Positions 38,640 through 52,700 of a stretch of 64,000 bases of DNA are shown one piece after another. A model generated the notes under the pieces. The model had not been told where the DNA came from, searched no databases, and worked only from the letters and a program-made list of their open reading frames with translations. The position numbers and the translations under genes were made by a program. Position 1 is the stretch's first letter, and each line of letters begins with the position of its first letter. Origin of the DNA: Okamejei kenojei (taxonomy: Eukaryota); NCBI GenBank assembly GCA_035221665.1, contig CM069138.1:22382001-22446000 (forward strand), read 5' to 3'.

Positions 38640-40180
38640 CGTGCGTGCATGTTTGTGTATAATCACATCTCCTATAAAAAAAACTACGTGCTAACGGTAA
38701 CATTTTTATATATTCCGGTAGAGATTTTTCCCATGGAGTCCAAAACTGCCTTATCTGAAAATGTCATGCTTTATTTCTCGACATTAGTGAAAATGTTAAA
38801 AAATCTGACAAAACTTTGAATTTTAAAACGACTGTCTTTCGCTGATGATGTCACAATGGGAGGAACAGGGTACTGATTGTGAATGATCAGGCATGATCAT
38901 ATGGAATGGTGGTGTTGGTTCGAAGGGCTGAATGGCCTACTCCTGCACCCATTGTCTATGTTTTTATGTTTCTATGTTACTCCCCAGTTATTCAAGACCC
39001 TGCCCACCCCCACTCCAAAAGACACAGAAAGAACAAGCAAGTCGTGCCCACCCCGTACACGGAGTCCACGTCCCCCCCTCTCTGCCCTCGTTGAGGGTAC
39101 GGGACCAAGCTGTCGGGTCCTTGGGTCGGGTCCTCACGTTGGGTCCTCAGGTCGGGTCAGGTCCTCTCTCTCTGCCCTCCCTCTCTATGCCCTCCCCCCT
39201 CCCTGCCCTCCCTCTCTCTGCCCTTCCTCTAACTGCCCACCTTCTCTCTGCCCCCTCTCTCTGCCCCGCTCTCTGCCTCCCATCTCTGCCCCTCTCTCTC
39301 TGGCCCCCCTCTCTCTGCCCCCTCTCTCTCTGCCTGCCCTCTTTCGTCCCCCCTCTTAATGCCCCCCCTCTCTCCCCTCCTCTCTCTGACCTCGCTCTCT
39401 GCTCTCATTATCTGCCCTCTCTCTTTGCCCTCTCTCTCCCTGTCCTCCCTCTCTCTGTCCCCCCCTCTCTCTGCCCCCCCTCTCTCTCCACCCCCTCCCT
39501 CCCTCTGCCATCTTTCTCTCTCCACCCCCTCCCTCTCTCTCTGCCCCCATCCCACTCTCTCTCTAAACGTGCCTGCGAGTGGGGGGTATGCTTGAATGAT
39601 GGGGTAAAAGAGCTAATTAATAATATTACCATAATATCAAGGGGAGTGGTTACTGTGTGTGTGTGTGTGTGGTGATGGTGGTTAGTGTGTGTGTGATGGC
39701 CCCCGCCCCCCTCCCCTCCCCCTCAACCACGCCTTGAGGGGACGGAACCCAACGGGTCCCACTTGGTCTAGTAACTATTAAAAGTCTAATCTTGTATGTG
39801 GATGTATTTGTTTGTGTGTTTGTTTGTGTATGATCACATTTTCACCAAATAAATCATGGTAATGATGAAACAATTGCATATTTAGGTAGATATTTTTCCC
39901 GTGGAGTCCAAAACTGTCTGTCACTGCCTTCTGTGTGTCTTTGCTCTCTCTGCCCTCTCTGTATCTAACCTCTCAGTCTCTGCACTCTCTGTCTGCCATC
40001 TCTCTCTACCCCCTTCCCTTGCTAGCCTGCGAGTTTGGGGCTATGCATGAGTGGATAGGGCAGGTGATTGGGTAAAAGGAGCGAATGAATAATATTAATA
40101 TAATATTAAGTGAGGTGGTTTGTATGTGTGTGTGGGGGTGGGGTAGTTAGTGTCTGTCTGTGTGGGGGTGTTTAGTGGTG
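38640..40180 (+). repeat. Two diverged tandem units of a Helitron-like non-autonomous repeat with CT-rich interior
   Basis: Duplicated blocks tttttccc(a/g)tggagtccaaaactg and gcctgcgagt..aataatatta..ataatat. The first unit ends in the hairpin acccaacgggt followed by CTAG|T (39768-39772). Confidence 0.5.
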
Positions 40181-41145
40181 CCAACATGACCATTCATTCT
40201 GCCCACACTGATTTTTTACTTCATTATCAGTTTCCTATACTCGTTCATATTCTGTGACAACATGAATATCTTAAAATATATGTCTGATATACTTTGTGTT
40301 GCTTACAACCCCACGTGTTTAATTTCCAAGATTCACAACCTTCTGAAAACATTTCTTTTCATATCTGAGAGTGAGAAAATCCTTATTTTTGAACCTGATT
40401 CAGGTTCAAAATAAGAACCTTAATGCATATTTATTAAAACTTTGATTCTTGGTTCAGATAACCCACACAGGGGAAATATCAAATTATATTTACTCTACCA
40501 GGTCCGAGCGGATTGCATGGCGGTAGAGTTGCTGCCTTATAGCCCTAGAGACCCGGATTCGATCCTGACTACAGGTGCTGTCTGTACGGAGTTTGTACTT
40601 TCTCCCCATGGCCTGTGTGGGTTTTCTCCGAGTGCTCCAGTTTCCTCACACACTCCAAAGACATACAGGTTTGTCAGCTAATTGGCTTGGTAAAATTGCA
40701 AATTGTCCCTAGTGTGTAAGATAATGTTAGTGTGCGGTGATCACTGGTCAGTGCAGTCTTGGTGGGCTGAAGGGCCTGTTTCTTCATTGTATCTCTAAAC
40801 ATAACAAAATATTTGGCAGGTTTCAAAGGGATCACATTATATGTAATTCAGAAGCATAGACCTAATCTTCATTTTTATACGACGACCCGTCCCCACCATC
40901 TCTGGAAACATTGTGGTCAACCTGTGGTCATGTACGGAGACCACACTTGTAAAATCCTGTCATATGATCACATTGTAATGGTTTGGATTAGATTGGATTT
41001 GGTATGATTAATATGTTTGAAGATGACACCATAATTGGTGGTAGAATTAATAGTGAAGAAGGTTATCTAACATTACAGCAGGATCAAAGTCAACTGGGAA
41101 AGTGGGCCAAGGAATGGTAGATGGAATGGTGAAGTGTTGCATTTT

Positions 41146-41317
41146 GAAAACTGCACTTGAATTTGGTGGCCTTGCACCCTGCTTGAAATTGTATGAAATT
41201 GCACTTGAATTTGGTGGCCGTGCACCCTGCTTGAAATGGCATGAAACTGCACTTGAATTTGGTGGCCTTGCACCCTGCTTGAAATGGTATGAAACTGCAC
41301 TTGAATTTGGTGGCCTT
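41146..41317. repeat. 48-bp minisatellite (~3.5 units), continued at 55072-55215
   Basis: Unit gaaactgcacttgaatttggtggccttgcaccctgcttgaaatggtat. Confidence 0.92.
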
Positions 41318-41544
41318 CACTTCCGGTGGCGCCATGTAGCAGTAAGAGGAGCTCCTTTTAGCTCCGCTCCAAAAAACGGGTTAAAACACGCTAAAATACC
41401 CGAAAAAGAAAAACGGACTGAATAAGAAACACTTACCGGCAGATGCTCGATGTTGCGTAAGTGACGTCATCAGAGATCGACGCATACTGAAACATCCCAG
41501 ACTTAAGATATGGAATAATGTATCTTGCCAAATTAAGGGTCACA

Positions 41545-44500
41545 GACTTCCGGTGGCGCTATGGAGCCCTAGAGTATAGCGCCAGCCAACTCCGTAAAAA
41601 ATCGGAAAAAAAACGGGGTTTAAAAAGACTTACCGGCTGTCTGCTACACACTGCCTCCGTTTCTATACCGACTGTGCCGAGTGACGTCATCAGCCCTGCG
41701 ACTAACTATGTCGACGACACGGAGCCCTACCGACAAGAGTAAAACTCGTTCAACCCGACAGAAAGCGGCAGAAGGCCGAGGTGAAGCCTCGGATTCGAGT
41801 AGGACCAGCTCCCTGGAAGATGTTTCCAAGAAACCAGGCACAAAAACGGAAGGTGAGGATTTGAAAACTTTTATATCTCAACAGATGGCTAATTTAAAGC
41901 TAGAATTAAAGGAAGAAATGAACGGTATAAAGGAAGAATTAAAGGAAGAAATATGTCAAATAAACAGTCAGATGGATCAGATGAAAAATCAATTGAATGA
42001 ATTTCAAAAAGAAACAATGTTAAAAATTGAAAAAAAGGTCAAGAAAGTATCGGAAGATTTGAAGAAAGAATTTATTGAAATGCTTAAGGATATGGAAACT
42101 AAGATGGAGAAAAAACTTGAAAAGGTTAAAAAAGACTTTCAAAATAAGATTAATCCTATTGAGAATGTGCTGGAACAACAAGCAGCTGGCATGAAGAACC
42201 TTGAACAGATAGCGGGGGCAAGTACTGAGTCTACAGCAAAGCTGATAACAGAACATGAACGTCTAATGACTTTGCTGACTAAAACAACAGAGAAATGTAC
42301 TCAGCTAGAAGCTATCAGAGAAGACAGAACTTGAGGATCGCAGGGATTCCCGAGGGTCTCGAGAAACACGAAGATCCTCGAGAATTCACTGCTAAACTAC
42401 TCCAAAAAGGTTTTATCTCTGGATGAAATGCCTTTATTAGCTCGTGCACATAGAGTCGGCAGACATCAGACCAGTATAAATGCCCCCCCAAGACAAATGA
42501 TCATAAAGCTACAATATGATTTTGTCCTGGAGGAGATCATGCGGAAAGCTGCGAGAAATAGGAATTTGACATTTGAAGGACAAAGGATCAGTATCTATCG
42601 AGATTACCCTCCAGAGGTTGCTAGAAAAACGGAAGGCTTTTAATGAAGCCAAAAGCCTAATGAGGGGTGTAGAAAATCTGAGATACGGTTTGAATTACCC
42701 AGCCATTCTAAGAGTTACTTTTAACACAGTGGAGCATTTCTTTAAAACCCCAGAAGCAGCCTTGGATTTCGCAAAGCAGTTCAAGCCTTGAAAAGTATTT
42801 ACAAGCAAACATACTGACTTTTACTATTTTTAGAGACCGAAAATGAAGTCTCAACATTACCAACAGCCTTGGATTTCGTAAAGCAGCTCGAGTCTTGAAA
42901 AGTATCTACAAGCAAACATACTGACTTTTTCTACTTTTAGAGACCCAATACGGACACTCAACATTCGTGAGATTTCATATGATAATATGGGACTAGAAGT
43001 AATGGAAGTAATGGACAATGCCGTACGGAATGAAGAGGAAAAAACTGGATTGGAAGACGTTTTCTGGATACTGACAATTAGTCTTAACATATAACTAATA
43101 TAAACAAATAACACACATATTAAAATCACAACGCGGTTTTATTATCACTATGATTATTATTAATCAAGATTGCTCACTTTTGCTAATTAATACCACTAAT
43201 AATTAATAACTGTCTCGTTAATGAATGGAGTTAAATTTAGCTATGGATCTCATTTGGAGATCCTTTTTTTCTAATAATAATTTTTATTTTGTACTTTAAA
43301 TTATATTTTTTATGTTTAATACTGCTTAGATTTCTAAGTTAATTTTAGATATAGATACCCTTATATGACGACTATCACCACTTTTTTTCATTCCTTTAAT
43401 ATTACACCCCAGTTAAAATATATTGATGGAATAATAATTCCTCAAATCTAGGAGCTGGCCAAGTTAATAACAACAATGCCGGAAGTCCTTAGATGGATAG
43501 CCAAGTTAATATGGCTAACACAAAACTACAAATACTTTATTTGTAGTTTTTTCCTTCTTTACACAAACTATTAATTTCTTTAACTATTCTTTACTATCCT
43601 TTTATATCTATTGTATTTTTCAGTTTGAATGGAGTTACACATTGGACCAATGGAGATATATTCGTGAGGTATATAAAAGAGATTTAAAATTCATCTATTC
43701 GGTGTTCGGGTGTAAGGTTAGGTCTACTGCGCTGACCCTTAGACTCTATTGTAAATTCCCACAAACTTAAAATGCAAGACAAAAAGAAATACGGGGAATG
43801 AGGGATTAACATTTTGCAGTTGGAACGTCAAAGGTATTAATGAACCAATAAAGAGAGGAAAAAATATTGACACATTTAAAGGCAATTAAAGCTGATGTAA
43901 TTTATATTCAAGAAACCCACTTAAAAAAAGACGCTGAAAACAGGTTGAAAGCTAAATGGATAGACAAAATATATCATAGAAACATAGAAACATAGAAATT
44001 AGGTGCAGGAGTAGGCCATTCAGCCCTTCGAGCCTGCACCGCCATTCAATATGATCATGGCTGATCATCCAACTCAGTATCCCGTACCTGCCTTCTCTCC
44101 ATACCCTCTGATCCCCTTAGCCACAAGGGCCACATCCAACTCACTCTTAAATATAGCCAATGAACTGGCCTCAACTACCCTCTGTGGCAGAGAGTTCCAG
44201 AGACTCACCACTCTCTGTGTGAAGAAAGTCTTTCTCATCTCGGTCTTAAAGGATTTCCCCCTTATCCTTAAGCTGTGACCCCTTGTCCTGGACTTCCCCA
44301 ACATCGGGAACAATCTTCCTGCATCTAGCCTGTCCAACCCCTTAAGAATTTTGTAAGTTTCTATAAGATCCCCTCTTAATCTCCTAAATTCCAGAGAGTA
44401 TAAACCGAGTCTATCCAGTCTTTCTTCATAAGACAGTCCTGACATCCCAGGAATCAGTCTGGTGAACCTTCTCTGCACTCCCTCTATGGCAATAATGTCC

Positions 44501-47500
44501 TTCCTCAGATTTGGAGACCAAAACTGCACGCAATACTCCAGGTGTGATCTCACCAAGACCCTGTACAACTGAAGTAGAACCTCCCTGCTCCTGTACTCAA
44601 ATCCTTTTGCTATGAAAGCTAACATACCATTCGCTTTTTTCACTGCCTGCTGCACCTGCATGCCTACTTTCAATGACTGGTGTACCATGACACCCAGGTC
44701 TCGCTGCATCTCCCCTTTTCCTAATCGGCCACCATTTAAATAATAGTCTGCTTTCCTGTTTTTGCCACCAAAGTGGATAACCTCACATTTATCCACATTA
44801 TACTGCATCTGCCAAACATTTGCCCACTCACCCAGCCTATCCAAGTCACCTTGCAGTCTCCTAGCATCCTCCTCACAGCGAACACTGCCCCCCAGCTTAG
44901 TGTCATCCGCAAACTTGGAGATATTGCCTTCAATTCCCTCATCCAGATCATTAATATATATTGTAAATAGCTGGGGTCCCAGCACTGAGCCCTGCGGTAC
45001 CCCACTAGTTACTGCCTGCCATTGTGAAAAGGACCCGTTTACTCCTACTCTTTGCTTCCTGTTTGCCAGCCAGTTCTCTATCCACATCAATACTGAACCC
45101 CTAATACCGTATGCTTTAAGTTTGTATACTAATCTCTTATGTGGGACCTTGTCGAAAGCCTTCTGGAAGTCCAGATATACCACATCCACTGGTTCTCCCT
45201 TATCCACGCTACTAGTTACATCCTCGAAAAATTCCACAAGATTCGTCAGACATGATTTACCTTTTGTAAATCCATGCTGACTTTGTCCAATGATTTCACC
45301 ACTTTCCAAATGTGCTGCTATCCCATCTTTAATAACTGACTCTAGCAGTTTCCCCACTACCGATGTTAGACTAACTGGTCTGTAATTCCCCGTTTTCTCT
45401 CTCCCTCCCTTCTTAAAAAGAGGGGTTACATTTGCTACCCGCCAATCCTCAGGAACTACTCCAGAATCTAAAGAGTTTTGAAAGATTATCACTAATGCAT
45501 CCACTATTTCCTGAGCTACTTCCTTAAGTACTCTGGGATGCAGCCTATCTGGCCCTGGGGATTTATCGGCCTTTAATCTATTCAATTTACCCAACACCAC
45601 TTCCCGACTGACCTGGATTTCACTCAATTCCTCCTTTGACCCACAGTCCCCTGCTATTTCAGGCAGATTATTTATGTCTTCCGTTAGTGAAGACGGAACC
45701 AAAGTAGTTATTCAATTGGTCCGCCATATCCTTGTTCCCCATGATCAACTCACCTGTTTCTGACTGCAAGGGACCTACATTTGTTTTAACTAACCTCTTT
45801 CTCTTCACATATCTATAAAAACTTTTGCAGTCAGTTTTTATGTTCCCTGCCAGTTTCCTTTCATAATCTATTTTTCCTTTCCTAATTAAGCCCTTTGTCC
45901 TCCTCTGCTGGTCTCTGAATTTCTCCCAGTCCTCTGGTATGCTGCTTTTTCTGGCTACTTTGTACGCATCATCCTTTGCTTTGATACTATCCCTGATTTT
46001 CCCTTGTTATCCACGGATGCACTACCTTCCCCGATTTATTCTTTTGCCAAATCATTCTTCTTTTACGCATAAATCAAGAGGTGTAGCAATATTATTTCGT
46101 AAAGGTACTTTATTTAAGCATACATCTAACTATATCTGATAAAGATGGTAGATACATTATTGTGATAGGAGAAATAAACACAGAAAAAATGATTTTCGTT
46201 AATATATATGGACCAAATTTTTGATAGCCCTTTGTTTTTTTAAGAAAGTACAACAATATTCTGGAATTAACACATTATAATTTGATAATTGGAGGAGATT
46301 TTAATTGTACATTAGACCCTTACCTAGACAGATCTTCAAAACAAAGAAAAACTAAATCACATTCTAGTGATTTATTAAATGCATATATTCAAACGACTAA
46401 TATTAAAGATGTTTGGAGAATAGAAAACCCTACTGGTCGAGAATACTCTTTTTACTCACCAGTACATAAAACTTACTCAAGAATAGATTATTTTCTGGTA
46501 GATGCAAAGCTTATCTCACTTACTTACGAACCCAAATATCATAATATTATAATCTCAGATCATGCACCATTAACATTTAAAATTAAAATAAATGGTAAAA
46601 CAGAAAATTGTGGACAATGGAAACTTAATCCACAAATTTTTAAAAATAAAACCACTCAGGAATATATTATAACTCAAATTAAGATTTTTTTTGAAACAAA
46701 TGATCAACCAGAAATATCTTGCTCTTTATTATGGGAAACATTTAAAGCATATCTTCGAGGAATTATGATTTCTTCACAAGCATTCCATAATAAAAAGATT
46801 CGGAAGGAACAACAGGACTTGGAAAGGGAGATTAAACAATTAGATATACAGAATGCAATAAAACCAGATATAATAATACATAATAAAATTGTAGCATTGA
46901 AATATAAATTAAATAAAATATATACTGATCAAGTTTTAAAATTTTATCAACATTTAAACAATTACAGTTTGAATTTGGAGACAAACCCCAAAAATTATTA
47001 GCTCGACAATTAAGGAAAATTGAAGCTGAAAAAATTATACATAGGATTAAATCACAAAATGGTGATTTATTAATACAACCTAAAGATATTAATGATAGAT
47101 TTATGCAATATTATAAAAATCTATATACTGCTAAAGCGACAGTAAATAAAACAGAAATAGATGCCTTTTTTAAAATATGTAACTTAAAAGGTTTGGATTT
47201 ACAAAATAAAGAACTATTAAATGCTGATATTTCAATAAAAGAAATCCAAGAATCTATTAGATCATTAAAAAATGGTAAAACACCGGGACCGGATGGTATT
47301 GGCTCGGAATTTTATAAAATTTTTCATGATCATATGGTCCCATATTTGAAATCATTATATGAACAGATATATACACAACAGAAATTACCAGATACGCTGA
47401 ACGAGTCTATTATAACACTTATACCTAAAATAAATAAAGACTTGGATGAACCAGGATCATATAGAGCAATAGCTCTATTAAATACGGATCAAAAGATTTT

Positions 47501-49725
47501 AACAAAAATATTAGCACAAAGATTAAGTACAGTTGTCAATGAATTAATTCATCCCGATCAAACAGGATTTATATCTAAAAGATATTCCTCATATAATCTA
47601 AGACAGTTATTTAATATTATATATTCGAAAAGAAGTGATAAAAAAGATTTAGTAGTTATCTCGCTGGATGCAGAAAAAGCTTTTGACCAAGTGGAATGGC
47701 CTTATCTATTTTTCGGTGATGGAAGCTTTCAAGCTCGGTGAGAAGTTTACTACTTGGATTAAATTGTTATATGCAAACCCAACAGCTAGAATAACAACAA
47801 ACCGTATGTTTATCTACTAAATTTAGTTTATCTCGAGGTTGTAGACAAGGCTGTCCTCTATCACCTTTATTGTTTGCGCTAGCAATAGAACCTCTCGCCC
47901 AAAGGGTGAGATTACATCCGGAAATACATGGATATGATACTAAAGATACTAAGAATAAAATCTCCTTATATGCGGACGATGTATTACTTTATATCACTGA
48001 ACCGGAAATAAGTATCCGAAATTTGTTAAAACTAATAACGGAATTTGGATTAATCTCAGGATACAGTATCAATTGGAATAAAAGTGAACTTATGCCAATA
48101 ATGATGAATAATTTACAGATATTACAACAGTTTCCTTTCAAGATAACAAATGAAAATATTAAATATCTTGGCATTTTTGTTACAAAAAGATTTGATTCTT
48201 TATTTAAATCTAACTTCCCGTTATTACTGAACAAATTAAATAAGAATATTTTATACTGGAAAAGTTTACCTATTTCAATGTTAGGTAAAATCAACGCGAT
48301 AAAAATGATTTTTCTCCCACAATTATTATATTTATTTCAATTAATACCGATATATCTCCCTAAAATTTTTTTTTTAAATTAGACTCCCTAGTTACTAACT
48401 TTATTTGGGATTATAAGAACCACAGAATAAATAAAAAACACTTATGTAAAGCTAAAATAAATGGGGGATTAGCATTACCAAATTTTATGTTTTATTATTG
48501 GGCAGTTAATATCAAAAACATGAATTTTTGGCTAGAAGAAATAGATAATAAACCAAACTGGTTAAAAATGGAAAAAGAAGATTGTTCTCCATTTGAAATT
48601 AGTTCTATAATATTTGCTAATACTAACGTGACTAAGAAAAATTTATAATGAAAACCCGATAATAGAAAACGGAATCCGCATTTGGAAACAAATAAAGAAA
48701 ACATTAAAATTAAAATCTATACCGTTAGGTCTTACCATTGCCAATAATTTTACGTTTAAACCTTCAACGATGGATAAGGCTTTTTTACAATGGAAAAATA
48801 AAGGAATTTTAAACATAGGGGATCTTTATAAGGAAAGCTCTTTTCTTTCATTTCAAGAGTTACAACAAACCTTATGGACTACAAAACAATGAATATTTTA
48901 GATATTTACAAATCAGAAACTATATCTCTGCAAATACACAAGAACTTAGAAATAGAAAGACTGAAATTTTAGATGAATGCTTGAATAAACATCCAAATAC
49001 AGAAAAAAATGATATCATATATTTATAATATTTTATTGGAAAGTGATATCCCATCAACGGAAATACATAGACAGATTTGGGAAAATGAATTAATGAATTA
49101 AAAGCTGTTCGTTAAATAATATACAGTTCAATCTCCAAATCAAATTTAATATATTTCAACACTCAGAAGCAAAATCTTTTCTATTTTCAAAATATTTAAG
49201 ATAATTTCGATTCTTTTTTTTTCTATCTTTAATTAGAAAAAAAGTATAGTGGAAACACATTATTTGGATTAAATTTTTAATATTAATGCGAATATAGATA
49301 TCATTACTTGTATGAAAATATTATTGATGTCCTGTATTTTATAATTACATAAAATTGTGTAGTTTCAACTATACAATAATTTGGAAATATAAAGTCAATA
49401 ATAATACAAACACTCATTATTATGAAAATATAATGAATATTATAGAAGTTCGGTTAATATTGTGTATTATACAATTATAACATGGGGGACTTGTATTTTG
49501 AGATTAGAGGAAATATGGACATTATGACTAGTATGAGTATATTGCTAATACTAGGATGATACTATACACACTTCCAATTATACAAAATAATTAACCTTGA
49601 TATGTATAATTGATAATATTATAAATAATATAAACAGTATCAATTTATCATTAATATTATATAGTTTTTATCGTTGTATAAGAGTGTATTTTGTAATTAC
49701 TTTGTTTCTATAATTAAAAAAAAAA
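41545..49725 (+). mobile_element. L1-B nested in L1-C: ORF1 ~41708-42791, ORF2 ~43770-49095 (split by CR1)
   Basis: Coiled-coil ORF1; ORF2 GGDFN, YSRIDYF, ISDH, GPDG, SLDAEKAFD, SLYADD; 15-bp TSD aaattaagggtcaca at 41530-41544 and 49726-49740. Confidence 0.93.
43978..46050 (-). mobile_element. Young 5'-truncated CR1 with an open 542-aa RT ORF (44074-45702), inserted in the L1-B endonuclease
   Basis: Uninterrupted [38 protein letters not shown]; (tttctatg)n tail. atcat is duplicated at 43973-43977 and 46051-46055, and the L1 frame KIYH|SSFTHKSRG rejoins across the insert. Confidence 0.95.
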
Positions 49726-52700
49726 AAATTAAGGGTCACATACGGACAATCGGAGAGTTTCTTCATCGATGCATTTAAATACGCGCAAGATTTAAGAAAG
49801 GACTTAAAGGGATAAGTAGATAAGTAATATTTGGCATAGCTCTGTATGATTAGCAGGGCTAGGGCCTACTGAACCTTCACTGAACCTGTTTATTAAATCG
49901 TGTGTTTACCTTACACATTTTATATGTATTTATAAGGGGTAGACTGATATAATGTGTTTTTAAAAAAAAGATATATATAAAAACCTGCATATAAGATGGC
50001 CAACAGATTCACAGGCGGTTAAGTCTAGACATACTTATCAGAGATAGATTGGAATGTATGCGGGGTGAATGTTCAAGTTCCCCGTGTTTACGAGAAGCGT
50101 GTTCAAGATCTTTGAACTACTCAACATTGAAAACAATTTAAACGTATGGTAACAACATAATATACTACCAAATGATATATCTAAAGCTATGTTGATCACA
50201 TAAAATACTAACAGACATACTAAACCGTTTATTTTAACCTAAATACCTAATACTAACCCATTTATTTTAATCCAATACCTAATAGTTAGGAGATTTACTC
50301 ATTCTAGGTAATGGTCAATGTATTGGTTTATATTTAAAATATGGTTAATATCTATCCGATTGGGGGGGTTGGAATTTCCAGCAATTACCAGGTCAGAGCG
50401 AGAGGGAATATGTTAGAAAGTTGGTAGAGGAGGGGTAAGGGAATCAATAGTTAGGAGCGAAGGGGGTAGAGGAAGGTGATGTGAGATGGGGAAACAGTAG
50501 GTTATTGTAGGTTGGATTTAGTGTGGACTATCGGGGGGACTTGGGTGGGGTAAGACAGTTAGAGAGGAGAGTAAGTCGCAGGGTGGCTCTAGCAGTGGAA
50601 GAGGGATCAAGCCGGTGAAGATGGGTATTGGCAAGTGGTAGTATGTGGTGAGGAGGTTTAGAAGAGTATTAGACTGATAGGGAAGCGGTGGGATCGTTGA
50701 AGGCAGTTTGAGAGGGGAGGAGAGAGAGAGAGTGTTCTCATTCTCATTAAATAGTGTATTTAAATAGTAAATACCCACGTAGAGGCAAGCTATAAGAAGA
50801 AATGTAACTCTCTCAGAGGAAATTATTTACGGTCTGCTTTCTGTTTTTTCTTTTTACATAATATCTTGTTCAGCCCGTTTTTTCTTGCAATATTATTCTG
50901 TAAGGGGCGGAGCTAAATGTAATTAACATCCACGGGAGCTCACATGAAATATCCCACCAGGAGGTGGGCTGCACGCACAGTGTCTTTAAGCAGTGTTTTT
51001 TTGTATTATTTACGTTATTTAGCACTTTTTTTGCTTATTCTTCTCAAGCCACTTTTTCTTGTGATATACCCGCAGGGTTTTGTAATTGGGATCACCCACC
51101 CAGTAACCAGAAGTTTGACTTGATATACTGTGTTGCCCCATCTGAAGACGACCCTCTGAAGATAACTGGAGGGATCACATTTTGTAGTTGGAATATTATG
51201 GGCGTTAATGAGCCAATTAAAAGGGGTAAGGTTCTTGCTCAATTAAAACCGATTAATGCCGATATAATATTTTTACAGGAGATGCACCTCAAAGATCGAT
51301 CTTATATCAGGCTGAAGGCTACTGGATTGGTTAAATATATCACTCCTCTTTTCTCTCCAAAACCAGAGGTACTGCAATTATAATCCGTAAGGGTATACCA
51401 TTTAAACATAAAACCACCATAGCAGATAAAGATAGTAGGTACGTCATAGTATCTGGGAAGATATATTCTACCCCACTTACTAGGGTGAATATCTATGCTC
51501 CCAACTTTGATAATCCACAATTTTTTAATAAAATGTCTAATATAATCTCAGATTCCACCCAGCAAAACCTGATAATCGAGAGAGATTTCAATTGTGTTTT
51601 GGATCAATATTTGGATAAATCCTCGCAACAAAAGAGATATAACACAAAATCAAAATGCAGTGAACCCCTGAATACATACATTAAAAAAAACAAATATAAC
51701 AGACGTATGGAATAGCAAATCCATCCGGAAGAGAATATTCCTTTTATTCATCCGTACATAAAACTTACACACGTATTGACTATTTTCTGGTGGACACAAA
51801 ATTAACACCTTTTACAACTAATCCCAAATATCATAAAACTAGAAGGAATGTACAATAAAAAATCATTCTGGAGGGCTAATCCCCAAATACTAACTAACCC
51901 AGTTTGCTGTGAATATTTAAAACAACAGATGATACTCCAGGTATTTTGGCTTCATTATTATGGGAATCCTTTAAGACCTTTATTAGAGATTCGATCATTT
52001 CATATCAAGCATATCAAAACAAAAAGAACAGGATGGAACAATTGCAATTACAAGAACAGATCAGACAGCTGGATTCAGAAAATGCGACAAATCCGTCTAT
52101 GGATAAACATAATAAGTTAGCAGTATTAAAATTCAAGCTAAATCGAATTCTCTCTGCAAGAGTTATCAGGCTATTTCAAATTACTAAACAGGAAAACTTT
52201 GAATTCGGCGAGAAACCGTATAAACTTCTAGCACGTCAGTTGAGAAAAGTGGAAAAGGACCATACTATTAAACAAATCAGATCGGAAAAAGATTTGCCCA
52301 ATTCTATCAAAATGTACATACATCCAAAACATCAACAGAAATGAGAACAATTACAACCTTCCTTGATAACTGTAATCCTCCATCACTTAACGTGGCGGAA
52401 TGCGATGAATTTGGAGCACAGATTACAATTAAAGAAATCAAAGAGACAATCATATCATTGAATAATGGCAAAATACCAGGCCCAGATGGGTTTAGTAATG
52501 AATTTTATGAAAAATGTTATGATGTAATCGCCCCCGCGTTTACATAACCTTTGTACACCTGCATTTAAAGAACAGACGCTACCACAAGCCTTAGCCGAAT
52601 CAACTATTACACTTATACCAAAAAGAAGATAAAGATCTGGAAGACCCGGGATCATACAGAGGAATTGCCCTGTTAAATACAGATCAGAAAATATTTGCTA

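Noticed and set aside
38883-39675. Pro/Leu/Ser-rich and Arg/Glu/Gly-rich ORFs
   Set aside because: They are translations of a CT-rich low-complexity tract.
41073-41425. Repetitive ORFs, or a CRISPR-like array
   Set aside because: It is a contiguous 48-bp tandem minisatellite without spacers in vertebrate DNA; the ORFs are by-products of a unit length divisible by 3.
42765-42945. ~80-bp tandem duplication at the end of L1-B ORF1 (also ~28 bp at 23750-23805 and 25 bp at 36699-36750)
   Set aside because: These are ordinary local duplications inside repeats, with no evidence of function.
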